From Vicugna vicugna (lineage: Eukaryota): a stretch of 64,000 nucleotides of DNA. The notes below the pieces were generated by a model that was not told the DNA's origin, made no database searches, and was given only the letters and a program-made list of their open reading frames with translations. Below, piece after piece: positions 63,815 through 64,000 of this stretch. The DNA lies in contig MU058065.1 in the NCBI GenBank assembly GCA_013265495.1, positions 684,001 to 748,000 of the forward strand. The letters are read 5' to 3'. Position 1 is the stretch's first letter. Each line of letters starts with the position of its first letter. The translations under genes and the position numbers were made by a program.

Positions 63815-64000
63815 AATGCTTACTGAGTGCTGACTATGGGTCAGGCCCCATGCTTAATATTATTTAGTCCCAATAAAGCATACGTTATTATTAATAGCTT
63901 CATTTTATATGACAGGAGGCTCAGGTCTTGTGAGATTGAAGAACCTGCATGTTGAAGACATGGGGGAAGCCAGAGTTTAAACTCAACAACCAGATTCCAG
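63815..64000 (-). mobile_element. MIR
   Basis: 'cttactgagtgctgactatgggtcaggc...cattttatatgacaggaggctcagg...gaagccagagtttaaactca'. Confidence 0.7.

Noticed and set aside
1..64000. A novel multi-gene or defence-type biological system; remaining 60-145 aa ORFs
   Set aside because: No gene cluster or credible non-transposon ORF; the short ORFs look like chance frames in AT-rich DNA

Overview
This is AT-rich, CpG-depleted mammalian non-coding DNA (intergenic or deep intronic). It is most likely from a camelid, inferred from two short tRNA-derived SINEs of the Vic-1 type and cetartiodactyl-type L1 3' ends. I can support no host protein-coding gene, RNA gene or CRISPR array. The only ORFs with recognisable protein similarity are broken pieces of LINE-1 ORF2 (18.3-19.95 kb, 34.9-35.1 kb) and of a Tigger1 transposase (60.6-61.8 kb). 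Much of the window is transposon relic: L1, L2, MIR, MLT1/MLT2 and other solo LTRs, Tigger and hAT MITEs, and one near full-length Tigger1. The main non-repeat signal is a regulatory-looking block at about 52.4-54.8 kb. It has a 40-nt purine/pyrimidine alternating tract, a forkhead/GATA motif cluster, and a CpG-island-like core with GC boxes and G-tracts, but no gene I can identify. The clearest structural curiosities are two 5'-inverted (twin-priming type) L1 insertions, one joining the 3' end to a distant ORF2 fragment. I did not find a novel multi-component biological system. Repeat family names come from my recall of consensus sequences, not from a database search, and boundaries of old elements are approximate.
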